Positions 63,016 through 64,000 of a DNA stretch of 64,000 bases are shown in pieces; position 1 is the first letter of the stretch, and every line of letters starts with the position of its first letter. Both the position numbers and the translations under genes were made by a program. Location: NCBI GenBank assembly GCA_040290255.1, contig PSMU01000002.1, positions 64,001 through 128,000 on the forward strand, in the 5' to 3' direction. This stretch comes from Nitrososphaerota archaeon. GTDB lineage: Archaea > Thermoproteota > Nitrososphaeria > PSMU01. Below the pieces are notes generated by a model that saw only the letters and a program-made list of their open reading frames with translations, made no database searches and had not been told where the DNA came from.

Positions 63016-63879
63016 ATGCGCTCCGTGCGCATCGCCCTCGCGCAGATCAAGCCCAAGATAGGGGACCTAGAGGGAAACGTGCGCAAGATCCTGCAGTTCG
63101 TGCAGAGGGCCAAGGAAAGGGGGGCGCAGCTCGTGGCCTTCCCGGAGCTGGCGACGGCAGGCTACCTCTCCCAGGGGCTCTTCCTGGAGGTGGCCGAGGC
63201 CTGGGGGAGATGGTTCAAGAGGCTGCTTGAGGCATCTAGGGGCATCACGATCATAGTGGGCACGGTCGAGGAGGACCAGAGGGGCTTCCTGTATAATGCT
63301 GCCCTGGTCTTGGCGAGGGGCCAGGTCGTCGAGGGCGAGCTCGAGGGGGGCAAGAAGCTCCCCAGCTACCGCAAGTGCTACCTGCCCACGTATGGAATGT
63401 TTGAGGAGGCGAGGTGGTTCGCGCCGGGCAAGCATGTGCCCATCTTCAGGCTCAATGGCGGCGAGGGCAGCTGGGCGCTGGCCGTCATCATCTGCGAGGA
63501 CCTTTGGCAGCCCCTGCCCTCTAGAATCGCGGCCATGAGGGGAGCGCAGTTCATCTGCGTCATCGCGAGCTCCCCCAAGACGTACAAGAAGCCGGAGATA
63601 GTGGAGGCCCTGCTGAGGGCCAGGGCCATAGAAAACACCGTTTACATGGGCTACGTGAACGCGGTGGGCAGCCAGGACATGGTGAACTTCTGGGGGGGAA
63701 GCGCGTGCGTGGATGCGGAGGGAAAGGTGCTGGCCAAGGCGGGCCTGCGGGAGGAGGAGCTGCTGGTGCTCGATTTGGACCTTTATGCGCTGAGAAAGCA
63801 TAGGGAGCTCAACCCCTATTTGAGGGAGGAGAGGAAGGAGCTCATCGAAGATTACCTCAGGGCGTTTCAGGCGTGCTAG
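63016..63879 (+). CDS. Nitrilase-family amidohydrolase (probable glutaminase subunit of NAD synthetase)
   Basis: FPEL, YRKCYLP.YGMFEE.R.F and ICEDLW. ATG 63016; directly precedes nadE. Confidence 0.85.
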   Translation: MRSVRIALAQIKPKIGDLEGNVRKILQFVQRAKERGAQLVAFPELATAGYLSQGLFLEVAEAWGRWFKRLLEASRGITIIVGTVEEDQRGFLYNAALVLARGQVVEGELEGGKKLPSYRKCYLPTYGMFEEARWFAPGKHVPIFRLNGGEGSWALAVIICEDLWQPLPSRIAAMRGAQFICVIASSPKTYKKPEIVEALLRARAIENTVYMGYVNAVGSQDMVNFWGGSACVDAEGKVLAKAGLREEELLVLDLDLYALRKHRELNPYLREERKELIEDYLRAFQAC

Positions 63880-63881
63880 CG

Positions 63882-64000
63882 GTGCAGCTGCCTCCCGAGC
63901 TCGAGTTCGACTGGCGGAGCGCCGCCGAGGACATCTGCTCCGCGCTTCGCGATTACATGGCCAACGTGGGCGCCAGGGTCGCCGTGCTGGGCCTATCCGG
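63882..64000 (+). CDS. nadE: NAD+ synthetase, 5' part (runs off the window)
   Basis: GTG 63882 opens MQLPPELEFDWRSAAEDICSALRDYMANVGARVAVLGLS(G), the start of the SGGxDS motif. Confidence 0.75.
   Translation, partial: MQLPPELEFDWRSAAEDICSALRDYMANVGARVAVLGLS

Noticed and set aside
1-64000. CRISPR arrays, tRNA/rRNA genes, transposases, integrases
   Set aside because: None seen on reading the intergenic gaps and ORFs; very short or intron-split RNAs could have been missed by eye.

Overview
High-GC archaeal chromosomal DNA. The archaeal assignment rests on type II GAPDH, isopentenyl-phosphate kinase, a Dpo4-type polymerase, and TATA boxes about 25 bp upstream of mostly leaderless ATG/GTG/TTG starts; a thermophilic TACK lineage is an inference. 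The window is densely coding, with about 55 genes, mostly central metabolism (gap, pgk, ppsA, gnd, split MetE, thiolase, acyl-CoA ligase, NAD synthetase), amine catabolism, transport and repair. I saw no rRNA, tRNA, CRISPR array or transposase. Several features are absent from the ORF track. (1) A 48-aa signal-peptide-type micro-ORF (3740-3886) converges on a tandem Lrp/AsnC-like regulator. This is a candidate archaeal peptide-pheromone/receptor pair and the best novel-system candidate. (2) A candidate single-hairpin box H/ACA guide RNA lies at 17915-17977. (3) Two genes appear to start at CTG. (4) There is a deleted, frameshifted saccharopine-dehydrogenase-family pseudogene. Also notable are a highly divergent TFB-like protein co-transcribed with a ParB-like protein, and a gnd-cyclase-F420 G6PDH-like cluster suggesting an unusual archaeal oxidative pentose phosphate route. 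All family assignments are motif recognition by eye; no searches were run.
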